Positions 27,822 to 38,440 of a stretch of DNA of 64,000 nt are shown piece after piece. The stretch lies in NCBI GenBank assembly GCA_030431575.1, contig JAUIIS010000002.1, positions 3,589-67,588 of the forward strand, in the 5' to 3' direction. The position numbers and the translations under genes are program-made. Source of the DNA: Acidimicrobiia bacterium (lineage in GTDB: Bacteria > Actinomycetota > Acidimicrobiia > Acidimicrobiales > UBA8592). A model generated the notes under the pieces. The model made no database searches, had not been told where the DNA came from, and saw only the letters and a list, made by a program, of their open reading frames with translations. Each line of letters starts with the position of its first letter. Position 1 is the first letter of the stretch.

Positions 27822-28937
27822 ATGCCTGAAGCCTCTCGCGCTGACGCGGACCCAGTGATGCCCGACTACGGGGGAGCGTGTGTGGCCAACATCGTGCCAG
27901 CGCTCCTGCAGCACCGCGAGATCGGTAGCGGTTGGCTACCCGATGACGTTCTTGAGGCTGAACGAGTGGTTCTTCTGGTTATCGACGGGTTGGGTTACGA
28001 CCAATTGGTCGAGCGAGCCGCGGTGGCCCCAACCCTGATGAGCATGCTCGCGAATCGGATTACCACGGTGGCGCCAACCACAACTGCTACCGCCTTGACA
28101 TCCATAGCCACCGGTACTGCGCCCGGTGAGCACGGGGTTGTTGGGTACAAGATTTGGACGGCGGGAGAGTTGTTGAACGTGCTGCGTTGGGCAAGCCCCC
28201 AAGGCGACGCGCTTGGACGCATTGACCCGGTGGACTTCCAGCCGATCTCACCCTTCGTGGGCCAAGGCCCCGCGGTGATCTCTCAGGCGCAATTCGCCGA
28301 GTCAGGGTTCACCCAGGCACATCTGCGCGAGTCTGACTACCGGCCGTACTGGATGCCCAGCTCCATCCCAGTGGAAATCAACAACGCCCTCCGCGATGGC
28401 AACAAGTTCGTCTACGCCTACTACGACGGGATCGACAAGATCGCGCACATCACCGGGCTTGGTGCCCACTACGATGCTGAGTTGGCCTTTGTCGACCGCC
28501 TCGTTGCCCAAACTACGGCCAGTTTGCCGTCGGGCACTGCGCTCGTTGTCACCGCAGATCATGGCCAGGTCCAAGTCGGCGACGCCATCCAACCCATCGC
28601 ACCCGAAGCACTGGCGCTTGCTGCACACGTCTCGGGCGAAGCTCGCTTTGCGTGGTTGCACGCCGCTGGCGGGCGCAGCGAGGCGCTACACGAAGCAGCG
28701 GTCGACAAGCACGCGCACCATGCTTGGGTCGTGACTAAACAGCAGGTGCTCGATGAAGCCTGGTTTGGCTCGCTGGTTTCGTCTTCAGCCAGCGCCCGCC
28801 TCGGCGATGTGGCGCTCGTTGCCCGCGAAAACATCGCGCTCGTCGACCCTTCTGTTCCCGGGCCGCTACTGCAATCGAGGCACGGGTCGATGACCTCGGC
28901 AGAGACCTACGTCCCACTGCTGGGCACGGTAGCGTGA
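27822..28937 (+). CDS. alkaline-phosphatase superfamily protein (nucleotide pyrophosphatase/phosphodiesterase-like)
   Basis: VVLLVIDGLGYDQL, PTTTATALTSIATGTAPGEHGVVGY and VVTADHGQV are typical metal/nucleophile motifs of the type I phosphodiesterase family. Confidence 0.78.
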   Translation: MPEASRADADPVMPDYGGACVANIVPALLQHREIGSGWLPDDVLEAERVVLLVIDGLGYDQLVERAAVAPTLMSMLANRITTVAPTTTATALTSIATGTAPGEHGVVGYKIWTAGELLNVLRWASPQGDALGRIDPVDFQPISPFVGQGPAVISQAQFAESGFTQAHLRESDYRPYWMPSSIPVEINNALRDGNKFVYAYYDGIDKIAHITGLGAHYDAELAFVDRLVAQTTASLPSGTALVVTADHGQVQVGDAIQPIAPEALALAAHVSGEARFAWLHAAGGRSEALHEAAVDKHAHHAWVVTKQQVLDEAWFGSLVSSSASARLGDVALVARENIALVDPSVPGPLLQSRHGSMTSAETYVPLLGTVA

Positions 28938-28974
28938 AGACCGAATCGACTGTCCTGCCCCTCATGGAGAACCG

Positions 28975-29538
28975 ATGACCGACACCAACGATCCAACGCC
29001 TGCCGAGGCGGTCACCCCCGACCATGTCAGCCTTGACGAATCTGAGGTAGTTGCCGCTGCACCAGAAGAGGCGTCCAGCGGTCCCGAAGAGTTCATCGAG
29101 GAACCGGCAAAGGTCATGCGCGTAGGCGCCATGCTGCGCCAACTCCTTGAAGAATTGCGCGAGGCCAAGCTCGACGAAGGCTCGCGCGATCGGCTTCGTG
29201 ACATCTATGAGACCTCCATTGTCGAGCTCGGTTCGGCTCTGTCGCCGGACCTACGCGACGAACTCGACCGGATCACCCTTCCCTTCAACGACGACGAAGT
29301 CCCCTCGGGCGCCGAGCTACGCGTAGCAGAAGCTCAGCTTGTGGGTTGGCTTGAGGGACTCATCCAGGGCATCCAAGCCACGCTCTTCGCGCAGCAGATG
29401 GCGGCCCAACAACAGCTCGCCAACATGCGCCAGTTGCCCCCCGGCGCTCGGCCGCCGGTCCCTGGCCATATGCCAAACATGGGCCAGCCCGGCGCTGGAT
29501 CAGACACACCTGAGTCCCGGCCAGGCACCTACCTGTAG
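28975..29538 (+). CDS. bpa: bacterial proteasome activator Bpa/PafE family protein
   Basis: EPAKVMRVGAMLRQLLEELREAKLDEGSRDRLRDIYETSI, LPFNDDEVPSGAELRVAEAQLVGWLEGLIQGIQATLFAQQMAA and a disordered tail ending GTYL-COOH (family tail GQYL). GGAGA lies upstream. Confidence 0.82.
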   Translation: MTDTNDPTPAEAVTPDHVSLDESEVVAAAPEEASSGPEEFIEEPAKVMRVGAMLRQLLEELREAKLDEGSRDRLRDIYETSIVELGSALSPDLRDELDRITLPFNDDEVPSGAELRVAEAQLVGWLEGLIQGIQATLFAQQMAAQQQLANMRQLPPGARPPVPGHMPNMGQPGAGSDTPESRPGTYL

Positions 29539-29550
29539 GAGTCTGGCGCC

Positions 29551-32500
29551 TTGTCCTCGTCGTTTACTCATCTCCACGTTCACACCGAGTACTCCATGCT
29601 CGACGGAGCGTCGCGTCTGGACGAGCTCGTCGCTGCGGCAGCCGCCGATGGCCAACCAGCGCTGGGCATGACCGACCACGGCAACATGTATGGCACGCTC
29701 GACTTCTACCGTGCATGTAAGGACAACGGCGTCAAACCCATCATCGGCACCGAGGCGTACATGGCGCACGACTCGCGCCATGAACGCCCCAGCCGGCGCG
29801 GCAGGGTGGACGACTCTGGCGGCGAGACCGATGGCGGCAAGAAGCTCTACTACCACCTCATCTTGTTGGCCGAGAACCAGACCGGCTACAAGAATCTCAT
29901 TCAGATTGCGTCTCGGGCGTTCATGGAGGGCTACTACTACAAGCCCCGCACCGACTGGGATGTCCTCAACGATCACAGCGAAGGTGTTATTGCCACCACG
30001 GGCTGTCTTGGCGGCCATGTGCTGCAATCGCTGCTCAACGGCGACGAGAAAGGTGCCTACGAAAAGGCGGGGCGCCTCCAAGACATCTTTGGCCGCGACA
30101 ACCTCTTTGTAGAGATCCAAGACCACGGCATCCCAGAGCAGCGCAGAACCAACCCACAACTCATGGAGATCGCGCGCAAGATTGGCGCTCCGTTGTTGGC
30201 TACCAACGACAGCCACTACACCAGCCAGCACGACCACGAGGCCCACGACGCGCTGCTGTGTGTGCAAACGGGCTCGTTGATGAGCGACCCAGACCGGTTC
30301 AAGTTCAGCGGCGACCAGCACTACCTCAAGAGTGCGTACGAGATGCGCCAGCTCTTCCGTGACGTTGAGGTGGCCTGCGACAACAGCCTGTGGATCGCCG
30401 AACGCTGCGAGGTGGAAATCGAGTTCGGCAAGCCGTTGTTGCCCAACTTCCCTTTGCCCGAAGGGTTCGATACCGACGACGCCTACCTCGAATACCTGAC
30501 CCTCGAAGGGGCCCGAAAGCGCTGGGGCGATCGGCTACCCGAAGAAGTATCCGATCGGCTTACCTTCGAGCTCAAAGTCATCTCCGATATGGGCTTTTCG
30601 TCGTACTTCATCATTACCTGGGACCTCATCCGTCACGCGCGAGACAAAGGCATCAGGGTTGGGCCTGGGCGTGGCTCAGCGGCCGGTTGCGCTGTGGCCT
30701 ATTGCTTGTGGATCACCGACCTTGACCCCATCAAGTACGACCTGCTGTTCGAGCGATTCCTGAACCCGTCGCGTGTGTCGATGCCCGACATCGACATGGA
30801 CTTCGACTCCCGATACCGCGACGAGATGATCCGTTACGCGGCCGAGATGTATGGCCGAGACCACGTCGCTCAGATCGTTACCTTCAGCCAAATCAAGGCG
30901 CGGGCGGCGGTGCGAGACGCCGCCCGGGTGCTTGGCTACCCGTACGGGGTTGGCGACAAGGTTGCCAAGGCCATGCCGCCGCTCATTATGGGTCGTGACA
31001 CCCCGTTGTATGCCTGCCTCGAAGAACACCCGAAGTTCACCGACGGCTACAAAATGGCTGGCGAGCTGCGCAGCATGGTCGAGACCGATGGCGACGTTGC
31101 CAAGGTGGTCGAGGTGGCAAAGGGGCTCGAGGGTCTCCGACGCCAAGATGGCATCCACGCTGCGGCGGTGGTGATTACCAAGGACCCGCTCACCGAATAC
31201 TTGCCCATCCAGCGCAAGCCCGAAGCGGGCAAGCCCATCGAGGAAGCGCCTGTTGTTACCCAATACGAGATGCACGGCGTCGAGGACCTGGGCTTGCTCA
31301 AAATGGACTTCTTGGGTCTGCGGAACCTTGACATCATTGACGATGCCCTCAAGCTGATCGAGCTCACCACAGGCGATGTCATCGACATCGACAATGTCGA
31401 CCTGCAAGACCCAGCAACCTACGAACTCTTGGCGGCGGGTAACTCCATTGGGGTGTTCCAGCTCGAGTCCACCCCAATGCGTGCGCTGATGCGCTCGCTT
31501 GCGCCCGACAACTTCGAAGACGTGGCAGCTTTGGTGGCGCTTTACCGGCCTGGGCCTATGGCCGCCAACATGCACAACGACTACGCCGACCGCAAGAACG
31601 GTCGCAAACCGGTCGAGTACATACACGAAGACGCGAAGGAACTTCTCGAAGACACCTACGGCCTGATGATCTATCAGGAGAGCGTCATGCGAATGGCGCA
31701 AAAGTTTGCTGGCTACTCGCTGGCCGAAGCCGACTCGTTGCGCAAGGCCATGGGTAAGAAGATCCGCGAGGCCATGGAGAAAGAGCGGGCCAAATTTGTT
31801 GATGGCGTGGTCAACAACGGCTACGACAAGGCGCTTGGGGTCGAGATGTTCGACATCATCGCCCAATTCGCCGACTATGCATTCAACAAGAGCCACTCCT
31901 ATGGCTACGGCTTCATTGCCTATCAGATCGCCTACCTGAAGGCGCACTACCCGGTTCAGTACTTGTCGGCGCTGTTGACGTCGGTGAAGTCCAACCTCGA
32001 CAAGGCAGCCATCTACCTCAACGAGTGCCGCGTCATGGGCATCGACGTTGTCGTGCCCGACATCAATCGGGGCCGTATGGACTTTCATCCCGAACCCGCC
32101 GCGGGCGACGACCCCAACGGCATTGGCACCATTGTCTTTGGGTTGTCGGCGGTGCGTAACGTGGGTGAGGGTCTTGTTGAGCTCCTGCTCGCGGAGCGTG
32201 ACAGCAACGGACCATTCACCGACTTCTACGACCTGTGCGAACGCGTCGATACCCAGGTGCTCAACAAGCGCACTATTGAAGCCCTCATCAAGGCCGGTGC
32301 GTTCGATTCGTTAGATCACCCGCGTCAAGGGCTCCTGACAGTGTTCGAGCAGATCATCGACCAAACAGTGGCTCGGAGACGAGAACGCGACATGGGCGTC
32401 ATGACGTTGTTTGGCGACGCTGACGACGATGCGATCTTCAACGAACAGATTCCTATCCCGCACATCGAGTTCGACAAGAGCCGTCGGCTCGCGTTCGAAA

Positions 32501-33093
32501 AAGAGATGCTTGGCCTCTATGTTTCGGACCATCCGTTGCTTGGTGTTGAAGCTGCGCTGAAGCGCAAGACTGACGCCACCATCGAAGACGCCGAGACTGT
32601 CGACGATGGCGCGGTGCGCAACGTCGGCGGCGTTATCACCGGGCTCCAAAAGAAGTGGACCAAAAAGGGTGACCTGATGGCGGTCTTCACCTTGGAGGAC
32701 CTGCAAGGGTCCATCGAGGTCATGGTGTTTCCACGGACCATGCAAGAAGTGGGGCACAAGCTTGTCGACGATCAAGTGGTGTTGATGCGGGCCAGGTTCG
32801 ATAAGAAGGACGACGCAGTCAAGCTGATCTGTATGGACGTCGAACCCTTCGATACCGAGATCGTCGATACGTCGCCCCCGGTACGCATTCAAGTGCCAGC
32901 CTCGGGCCTTGGTGTCGACCAGGTGCGCCAGCTCAAGACACTGCTTGGCGAGCATCCGGGCACGAGCGAGGTCTTTGTACACCTCGGCTCGTCCAAGGTC
33001 ATGCGGCTCCCTCAGGATTTCACGGTGAACGCCCAAAACGGTCTTGTGGCTGAGCTGCGCGTATTGTTGGGACCCGACGCAGTTCTGGTCTGA
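29551..33093 (+). CDS. dnaE: DNA polymerase III subunit alpha
   Basis: 1180 aa with a PHP domain (FTHLHVHTEYSMLDG, GMTDHGNMYG), the polymerase core (MPDIDMDF) and an OB fold. It has a TTG start. Confidence 0.97.
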   Translation: MSSSFTHLHVHTEYSMLDGASRLDELVAAAAADGQPALGMTDHGNMYGTLDFYRACKDNGVKPIIGTEAYMAHDSRHERPSRRGRVDDSGGETDGGKKLYYHLILLAENQTGYKNLIQIASRAFMEGYYYKPRTDWDVLNDHSEGVIATTGCLGGHVLQSLLNGDEKGAYEKAGRLQDIFGRDNLFVEIQDHGIPEQRRTNPQLMEIARKIGAPLLATNDSHYTSQHDHEAHDALLCVQTGSLMSDPDRFKFSGDQHYLKSAYEMRQLFRDVEVACDNSLWIAERCEVEIEFGKPLLPNFPLPEGFDTDDAYLEYLTLEGARKRWGDRLPEEVSDRLTFELKVISDMGFSSYFIITWDLIRHARDKGIRVGPGRGSAAGCAVAYCLWITDLDPIKYDLLFERFLNPSRVSMPDIDMDFDSRYRDEMIRYAAEMYGRDHVAQIVTFSQIKARAAVRDAARVLGYPYGVGDKVAKAMPPLIMGRDTPLYACLEEHPKFTDGYKMAGELRSMVETDGDVAKVVEVAKGLEGLRRQDGIHAAAVVITKDPLTEYLPIQRKPEAGKPIEEAPVVTQYEMHGVEDLGLLKMDFLGLRNLDIIDDALKLIELTTGDVIDIDNVDLQDPATYELLAAGNSIGVFQLESTPMRALMRSLAPDNFEDVAALVALYRPGPMAANMHNDYADRKNGRKPVEYIHEDAKELLEDTYGLMIYQESVMRMAQKFAGYSLAEADSLRKAMGKKIREAMEKERAKFVDGVVNNGYDKALGVEMFDIIAQFADYAFNKSHSYGYGFIAYQIAYLKAHYPVQYLSALLTSVKSNLDKAAIYLNECRVMGIDVVVPDINRGRMDFHPEPAAGDDPNGIGTIVFGLSAVRNVGEGLVELLLAERDSNGPFTDFYDLCERVDTQVLNKRTIEALIKAGAFDSLDHPRQGLLTVFEQIIDQTVARRRERDMGVMTLFGDADDDAIFNEQIPIPHIEFDKSRRLAFEKEMLGLYVSDHPLLGVEAALKRKTDATIEDAETVDDGAVRNVGGVITGLQKKWTKKGDLMAVFTLEDLQGSIEVMVFPRTMQEVGHKLVDDQVVLMRARFDKKDDAVKLICMDVEPFDTEIVDTSPPVRIQVPASGLGVDQVRQLKTLLGEHPGTSEVFVHLGSSKVMRLPQDFTVNAQNGLVAELRVLLGPDAVLV

Positions 33094-33297
33094 ATTTGAC
33101 AAACCCCAAGCTCGGCGCGCGACTGCTGGCGCTGTTTGGCGTTACGAACGCTAACCCCTAAATCGTCGCTGACCTGCGCAAATAGGTCGTTGGTCTGGGT
33201 CAAGTTGCGCGATTCGCCCTGCGCGACTGGACTAGATACCCACGGCAGTATCGGTTGCCGTTTTGCGAGATCGCGTGATCGGGGGGATTGTCCCGTA

Positions 33298-33969
33298 ATG
33301 GCAATTGAGGTGGAGACCAAAGACTGCACGGCGGTTACAGACGCCGAGCTAGACGAGATGGCCGAGTTGTGTGCCGATGGCCCGCACCCATTTTCTGTGG
33401 GCCTGCTGTCTAAGCAGACCGAAGAGTGGGTCCTTGTCACAACGGCGCGAGAGAACGGCCGGTTGAAGGGGTTTGTGTTCAGCACCCTCGAGCGCATTGG
33501 GGGCACACCTAGTGTCATCATGGCCCTTGGCTCTGTGGTCAAAAACAGCAAGCGCAACACGGTTTTGCGGGCGCTGATGGCGGAGATGTATCACCGGGCG
33601 CTCATGGCTTTTCCTGATGAAGACGTTTTGGTCGGAACCCGCTTCGACAACCCATCAGGCTTCGAGTTGTTTGCAAACCTCGACGACATTGTGCCTCGGC
33701 CCGGACACCGGGCTTCGGGCGAAGAGCGGGCATGGGGTCGTCGTCTTGTCAAGCGGTTCATGACACCGTCGTCGCAGTACGACGACCGGTCGTTCACTGT
33801 GCGCGGCGATCAAGAGCAAGCCTGCCTGTTCGATCACGAGTCCACCAAGCCCGACAAGATCGATGCTGATGTGGTGGCGATGTTCGACGACATCGACTGC
33901 GGTCGAGGCGATCACCTTGTGGCCTTTGGTTGGGCCGTCGCCGAAAAGCTCGAGAAGCTGGGCAACTGA
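33298..33969 (+). CDS. hypothetical protein
   Basis: The ORF has a coding-like composition from ATG 33298 (MAIEVETKDCTAVTDAELDEMAELC...). I recognise no family. The upstream part of ORF 33136 looks non-coding. Confidence 0.5.
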   Translation: MAIEVETKDCTAVTDAELDEMAELCADGPHPFSVGLLSKQTEEWVLVTTARENGRLKGFVFSTLERIGGTPSVIMALGSVVKNSKRNTVLRALMAEMYHRALMAFPDEDVLVGTRFDNPSGFELFANLDDIVPRPGHRASGEERAWGRRLVKRFMTPSSQYDDRSFTVRGDQEQACLFDHESTKPDKIDADVVAMFDDIDCGRGDHLVAFGWAVAEKLEKLGN

Positions 33970-34565
33970 GTCTCTACTCGCTTGCGGTTCAGCGCCGCAT
34001 GTGCCGCTCCTATCGGACAGATCCTGTTGATGAGGCGCTGGTAACCCGCCTGGTCGACGCGGCCCGCCGTGCGCCGGCAGCAGGCAATAGCGCAGCGCCA
34101 CACTTCCTTGTCCTCGAGGGTGCCCAAGTAGCCGACTACTGGGACACCACCTTGCCCCCGGGTCGACGCAGTGCGTTTCCGTGGCCGCATCTACTTGATG
34201 CCCCGGTCCTGATAGTGCTCTTTGTTGACCCCCAGGCATACATCGACCGCTACAGCGAACCCGACAAAGCCAAGACCGGCTTGGGAGCCGGCGCCGATGC
34301 TTGGGCCACTCCGTACTGGTTTGTGGACGGCGGTATGGCTGCCATGACATTGCTGCTCGGAGCACAAGATGCGGGACTGGGCGCACTGTTTTTTGGTGTG
34401 TTCGCGCATGAGGCTGCGGTGAAGGAACACTTCGGGGTTCCGGCCGCGTTGCGGGCAGTGGGTGCGGTGACCCTGGGGTATCCAACGACCGAGCAACGAA
34501 AAAGCAAGTCCGCGGCCCGAGGCCGTGACAGCTTGGAGACGGTCCTGCATCGAGGACGCTGGTAG
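33930..34565 (+). CDS. nitroreductase-family protein
   Basis: AVQRRMCRSYRTDPVDEALVTRLVDAARRAPAAGNSAAPHFLVL is the typical RRSxRxF...A..APS..N motif. The TTG start at 33930 overlaps the preceding gene and is uncertain. Confidence 0.78.
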   Translation: MGRRRKAREAGQLSLYSLAVQRRMCRSYRTDPVDEALVTRLVDAARRAPAAGNSAAPHFLVLEGAQVADYWDTTLPPGRRSAFPWPHLLDAPVLIVLFVDPQAYIDRYSEPDKAKTGLGAGADAWATPYWFVDGGMAAMTLLLGAQDAGLGALFFGVFAHEAAVKEHFGVPAALRAVGAVTLGYPTTEQRKSKSAARGRDSLETVLHRGRW

Positions 34566-34599
34566 GCTCGCCACTGTTACGTTCGTCCACGGAGGATTA

Positions 34600-35151
34600 A
34601 TGGCCGCAAAGAAGAAGGCGCCAGCCAAGAAAGCCGCTGCCAAGAAGGCAGCTGCAAACAAAGCGCCTGCTAAGAAGGCGGCAGCGAAGAAGAAGGCGCC
34701 TGCCAAGAAGGCCCCCGCCAAGAAAACGGCAGCGAAGAAGGCTCCGGCGAAGAAAGTCGCTGCCAAGAAGTCAGCGAAGCAGATCCCCTTTGTCGACTAC
34801 CTCGTGCTGGGCGACAGGCCCTATCTGAGAGCCCAAGAATGCAAGAATTGTGGGGCTCGCTTTTTCGATCGACGCAACGCCTGCGCCAGCTGCTTTGGCA
34901 CCGACTTCAAGAATGCGCGCGTCAAATCCGCGGGCATCGTGACCAGCTACTCGATCGTGACGGTTGGACCTCAACCGTTTGTGTCCGCCATCGTCGACTG
35001 CGGCGGGACTTCGGTGCGTTGCACCCTGGTGGGCGTCGAGCCGACCCCCGACCACGTGAGCCTTGGCATGAAGGTCAAGCTCACCACCTACTCAATGGGC
35101 AAAGACGCCGCCGGTGTCGAAGCCATCGGCTTCGGGTTCGCCCCGGCTTAG
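34600..35151 (+). CDS. DUF35 (Zn-ribbon + OB-fold, thiolase-associated) protein with N-terminal Lys/Ala-rich tail
   Basis: GGAGGA lies 4 nt upstream of ATG 34600. The tail is AAKKKAPAKKAAAKKAAANKAPAKKAAAKKKAPAKKAPAKKTAAKKAPAKKVAAKK. It is followed by a rubredoxin-like CKNCG...CASC and an OB fold (GIVTSYSIV...VKLT). Confidence 0.8.
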   Translation: MAAKKKAPAKKAAAKKAAANKAPAKKAAAKKKAPAKKAPAKKTAAKKAPAKKVAAKKSAKQIPFVDYLVLGDRPYLRAQECKNCGARFFDRRNACASCFGTDFKNARVKSAGIVTSYSIVTVGPQPFVSAIVDCGGTSVRCTLVGVEPTPDHVSLGMKVKLTTYSMGKDAAGVEAIGFGFAPA

Positions 35152-35193
35152 CAATCGTTTCTTCGTACCAACGGCATTTCAGGAGCACCAACC

Positions 35194-36399
35194 ATGGCAT
35201 CAGAAGACATCTGGATCCTCGGGTCCAACATGACCAAGTTCGGCAAGCATCCCGACGAAGATCTCGTCGACCTTGCCTCCGAAGCAGCGATGGCCGCACT
35301 TGCCGACGCAGGTATCTCAATGGCCGAGGTAGGCATCATGGGCGTTGGAAGCCTCATGAACGCATCGGCTGGCATTGGACAGCAGCTGCAAAAGCAGATC
35401 GGCCAGACGGGCATTCCGGTTTACAACGTTGCAAACGCCTGCGCCACTGGCGCTACGGCGTTGCGCGTGGCCATCATGGCCGTCAAAGCTGGCGAGACCG
35501 ACGTTGGCATGGCTGTGGGTGTCGAGAAGCTCGCTGGTGCAGGTCTGTTGGGCCAAGCCGGCCGCGGCGCCGCATCTGACACCTGGGAGCCAAGTGGCCG
35601 ATTTGGTGCTGTTGGCTCAACCGAAGGACGTATCGGCACCGGCATCATGCCTGGTGTGTTCGCCCAAGTCGGCATGGAGTACGGCCACAAGTATGGCGGC
35701 ACCAGCTTCGAGCTGTTCGCTAAGATTTCCGAGAAGAACCACGCGCACTCCACGCTCAACCCGCTGGCTGCGTACCAGAAGCGCTTTACGCTCGACGAGA
35801 TCATGAACGACGTCATGATTGCGTACCCAAATACCCGTCCCATGTGCTCTGGCAACTGCGATGGTGCTGCTGCCATGATCGTGGTCAGCGACGCCAAGCT
35901 CAAGACCCTCAGCAAGCGCCAGCAAAAGCATGCGGTCAAGATCTCTGCATCGGTCCTCACCACCGATCCATACCAAGAGGCATGCCAGGTCCTGCCCGAC
36001 GTCAACACCCTCACTCGCAACGCAGCCAAGCAGGCGTACGAGCAAGCGGGCATTGGCCCAGAGGACCTCGACCTCGTGGAACTCCACGACTGCTTCGCAA
36101 CAGCCGAGCTTGTCCATTACGACAACCTGATGCTGTGCGAAGAAGGCGGCGCTGCCGACTTCTTCGAATCGGGTGCCCCATGGCGCGACGGCTCAATGCC
36201 GGTCAACGTCTCGGGTGGGCTGCAGTCCAAGGGTCACCCCATTGGTGCGACCGGCATTGCCAACATCCACGAGGTTGCCATGCACCTGCGCGGCGACGCC
36301 GGTGATCGTCAGATCAAGGGGGCAAAGGTGGGTATGGCTCACGTCATCGGCCTTGGCTCCGCGTGTGGTGTGCACATCCTCGAAAAGTCAGCTGCGTAA
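35194..36399 (+). CDS. thiolase-fold protein (SCP-x/lipid-transfer-type acetyl-CoA acetyltransferase family)
   Basis: Active-site region [18 protein letters not shown] and the C-terminal [17 protein letters not shown]; 401 aa. It is paired with the DUF35 gene as usual. Confidence 0.88.
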   Translation: MASEDIWILGSNMTKFGKHPDEDLVDLASEAAMAALADAGISMAEVGIMGVGSLMNASAGIGQQLQKQIGQTGIPVYNVANACATGATALRVAIMAVKAGETDVGMAVGVEKLAGAGLLGQAGRGAASDTWEPSGRFGAVGSTEGRIGTGIMPGVFAQVGMEYGHKYGGTSFELFAKISEKNHAHSTLNPLAAYQKRFTLDEIMNDVMIAYPNTRPMCSGNCDGAAAMIVVSDAKLKTLSKRQQKHAVKISASVLTTDPYQEACQVLPDVNTLTRNAAKQAYEQAGIGPEDLDLVELHDCFATAELVHYDNLMLCEEGGAADFFESGAPWRDGSMPVNVSGGLQSKGHPIGATGIANIHEVAMHLRGDAGDRQIKGAKVGMAHVIGLGSACGVHILEKSAA

Positions 36400-38391
36400 C
36401 GACGCTAGTTGGGTTGCCAGTTCCGTAGGTGTGGATGCTGGCAACCCGCACGCGTAGTTCTGGCACACGTAGGCGAACCCAGGTTCCTTCTCTTTCCAAA
36501 GCGGCGAATCGAACGGTTGGCCCCACGCAAGCACGGTGTCGGGCAGGTAGCGGCCCCGGAGCACGTCCAGGTAGTCCTCGCGCTCACCTGGAATGACAAT
36601 GGCCGTGAAACCACGTGCGGTGTGGTCGACCGCACCTGCGAGGTTGGCAAACGAGGTCGGGTGGCGAACCGCCACAGGGGCGAGCAGCCGAATGGTTGCT
36701 TCTGCGTGGTCGCCATACTTTTTCTCGCCGGTCAGGGCTCCAAGGCGCAACAGCGCTACGACGGTTGCGCTGTTGGCACTTGGCACTGCGGTATCTACCA
36801 GGTCTTTGGGCCGCGAAATCAGCGACTCGGCATCCGTGCCGGTGGTAAAGACCCCGCCAGCCTCATTGTCCCAAAACAGTTCGATGAGTTGATCGGCTAC
36901 CTCGCGGGCCCGCTCGATCCAGACCGCTTGGCCGGTTGCTTCGCCCAACCTCGTGAACGCATCGACGACTGCCGCATAGTCCGTCGCATACCCGAGGTGG
37001 CGTGCGGGCGCATCGTGACTTCCGGGTTGCCAAGAGCGAAGCCACCGGCCATCGGGTCGACGCAGGGTGGCAAAAAGGAACTCGCCGTTTTTGACCGCCG
37101 CATCTAGCCATTGCTGATTGGAGGTAGCAAGCGCCGCCTCGGCCAAGCTGGCCAGCATGAGACCGTTCCATTCGGTAAGCACCTTGTCATCGATACCGGG
37201 TCGGATACGCATCTCGCGAGCCTGAAAGAGCCGTTGTCGGCTGAGCTCGATGCTGGCGGGCCGTTTGCTATCGCCGCGCACGGGCCGTCGCAAGATGTTG
37301 CGGCCTTCGAAGTTGCCTTGCTCAGTGACCCCAAACCAGTTGCAGAACTCTCGTGCGTCGTCGCCAAGAACAGCGTCGATCTGTTGGGGTGACCAAGCAT
37401 AGAACTTGCCCTCGACACCCTCAGTGTCGGCATCCTCGGCCGAGTAGAAGCCCCCGAGCGGGTCCCGGAGATCTCGCAGGACGTAGCTGATGGTTTCGTC
37501 CACCACCTGGAGGTAATGGTCGTGGCCGGTGACCTGCCACGCGTGGAGAAACGGACGAATGAACAGGGCGTTGTCGTAGAGCATCTTCTCGAAGTGCGGC
37601 ACAAACCACTGGTCGTCTGTGGAGTAGCGACTGAAGCCGCCGCCGAGGTGGTCATAGATGCCGCCGGCCGCCATGGCATCGAGCGAGTTGGTGACCATGT
37701 CGAGAAGCGATGTCTTGACGTTGTTGTCGTCGGCCAAGACGTGCGCTCTAAGGAGCGCTTCATACGACATTGTCTGAGGGAACTTGGGTGCCCGCCCAAA
37801 GCCACCCCAACGCTGGTCGTAGGCCGTGGTCAGCGCCTCAACAAGGGCTGGCCCAAGATCTCGGTGCGGCATGGCGCCGGCTGGTTGCAGTCGCTCGCTC
37901 TGTTGGAGGCGGTCGGTCAACTCTGCGGCGGTGGCAATGACTTGGCCGCGTTGGCTGTCCCAGGCCTCTCGAACCCCGCGCAGCACGTCGGTGAAGCTCA
38001 CGCCGTTTTCTCTGGCCACTTTGGGAAAGTAGGTGCCACCAAAGAACGGCTCACCGTTCGGTGTCAAGAAGACGGTCATTGGCCAGCCGCCTCTGCCGGT
38101 TTGAGCTTGGACGGCCTGCATGTAGATGGCGTCTACGTCGGGGCGCTCCTCGCGATCGACCTTGATGCAAGTGAAGTCGGCGTTCATTTGGGCGGCAGTG
38201 TCGACGTCCTCGAATGACTCGTGGGCCATGACGTGGCACCAGTGACATGACGAGTAGCCGACAGACAGCAGGATCGGCCGGTCGTGGGTGGCCGCATCCT
38301 CGAACGCGTCTGCGCCCCACGGGAACCAGTCCACAGGATTGTCGGCATGCTGGCGGAGGTAGGGGCTGGTCTCTGAAGCAAGCCGGTTCAT
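36388..38391 (-). CDS. thioredoxin-domain protein YyaL/DUF255 family (N-terminal Trx fold + six-hairpin glycosidase-like domain)
   Basis: [18 protein letters not shown] and [22 protein letters not shown]; 667 aa. Confidence 0.9.
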   Translation of the reverse strand: MNRLASETSPYLRQHADNPVDWFPWGADAFEDAATHDRPILLSVGYSSCHWCHVMAHESFEDVDTAAQMNADFTCIKVDREERPDVDAIYMQAVQAQTGRGGWPMTVFLTPNGEPFFGGTYFPKVARENGVSFTDVLRGVREAWDSQRGQVIATAAELTDRLQQSERLQPAGAMPHRDLGPALVEALTTAYDQRWGGFGRAPKFPQTMSYEALLRAHVLADDNNVKTSLLDMVTNSLDAMAAGGIYDHLGGGFSRYSTDDQWFVPHFEKMLYDNALFIRPFLHAWQVTGHDHYLQVVDETISYVLRDLRDPLGGFYSAEDADTEGVEGKFYAWSPQQIDAVLGDDAREFCNWFGVTEQGNFEGRNILRRPVRGDSKRPASIELSRQRLFQAREMRIRPGIDDKVLTEWNGLMLASLAEAALATSNQQWLDAAVKNGEFLFATLRRPDGRWLRSWQPGSHDAPARHLGYATDYAAVVDAFTRLGEATGQAVWIERAREVADQLIELFWDNEAGGVFTTGTDAESLISRPKDLVDTAVPSANSATVVALLRLGALTGEKKYGDHAEATIRLLAPVAVRHPTSFANLAGAVDHTARGFTAIVIPGEREDYLDVLRGRYLPDTVLAWGQPFDSPLWKEKEPGFAYVCQNYACGLPASTPTELATQLASLRS

Positions 38392-38440
38392 GACTGGAGC
38401 CTATTTGGTAACACGATGCGAACGAGGCGACACTGCAGCT

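Noticed and set aside
34191-34766. Phe/Ala/Gly-rich ORFs (34191-34766 and 25056-25349) resembling hydrophobic repeat proteins.
   Set aside because: They are the reverse-complement reading of the AAG/GCC-rich lysine-alanine tail regions (AAGAAGGC becomes GCCTTCTT). They are mirror artefacts of the plus-strand tails.
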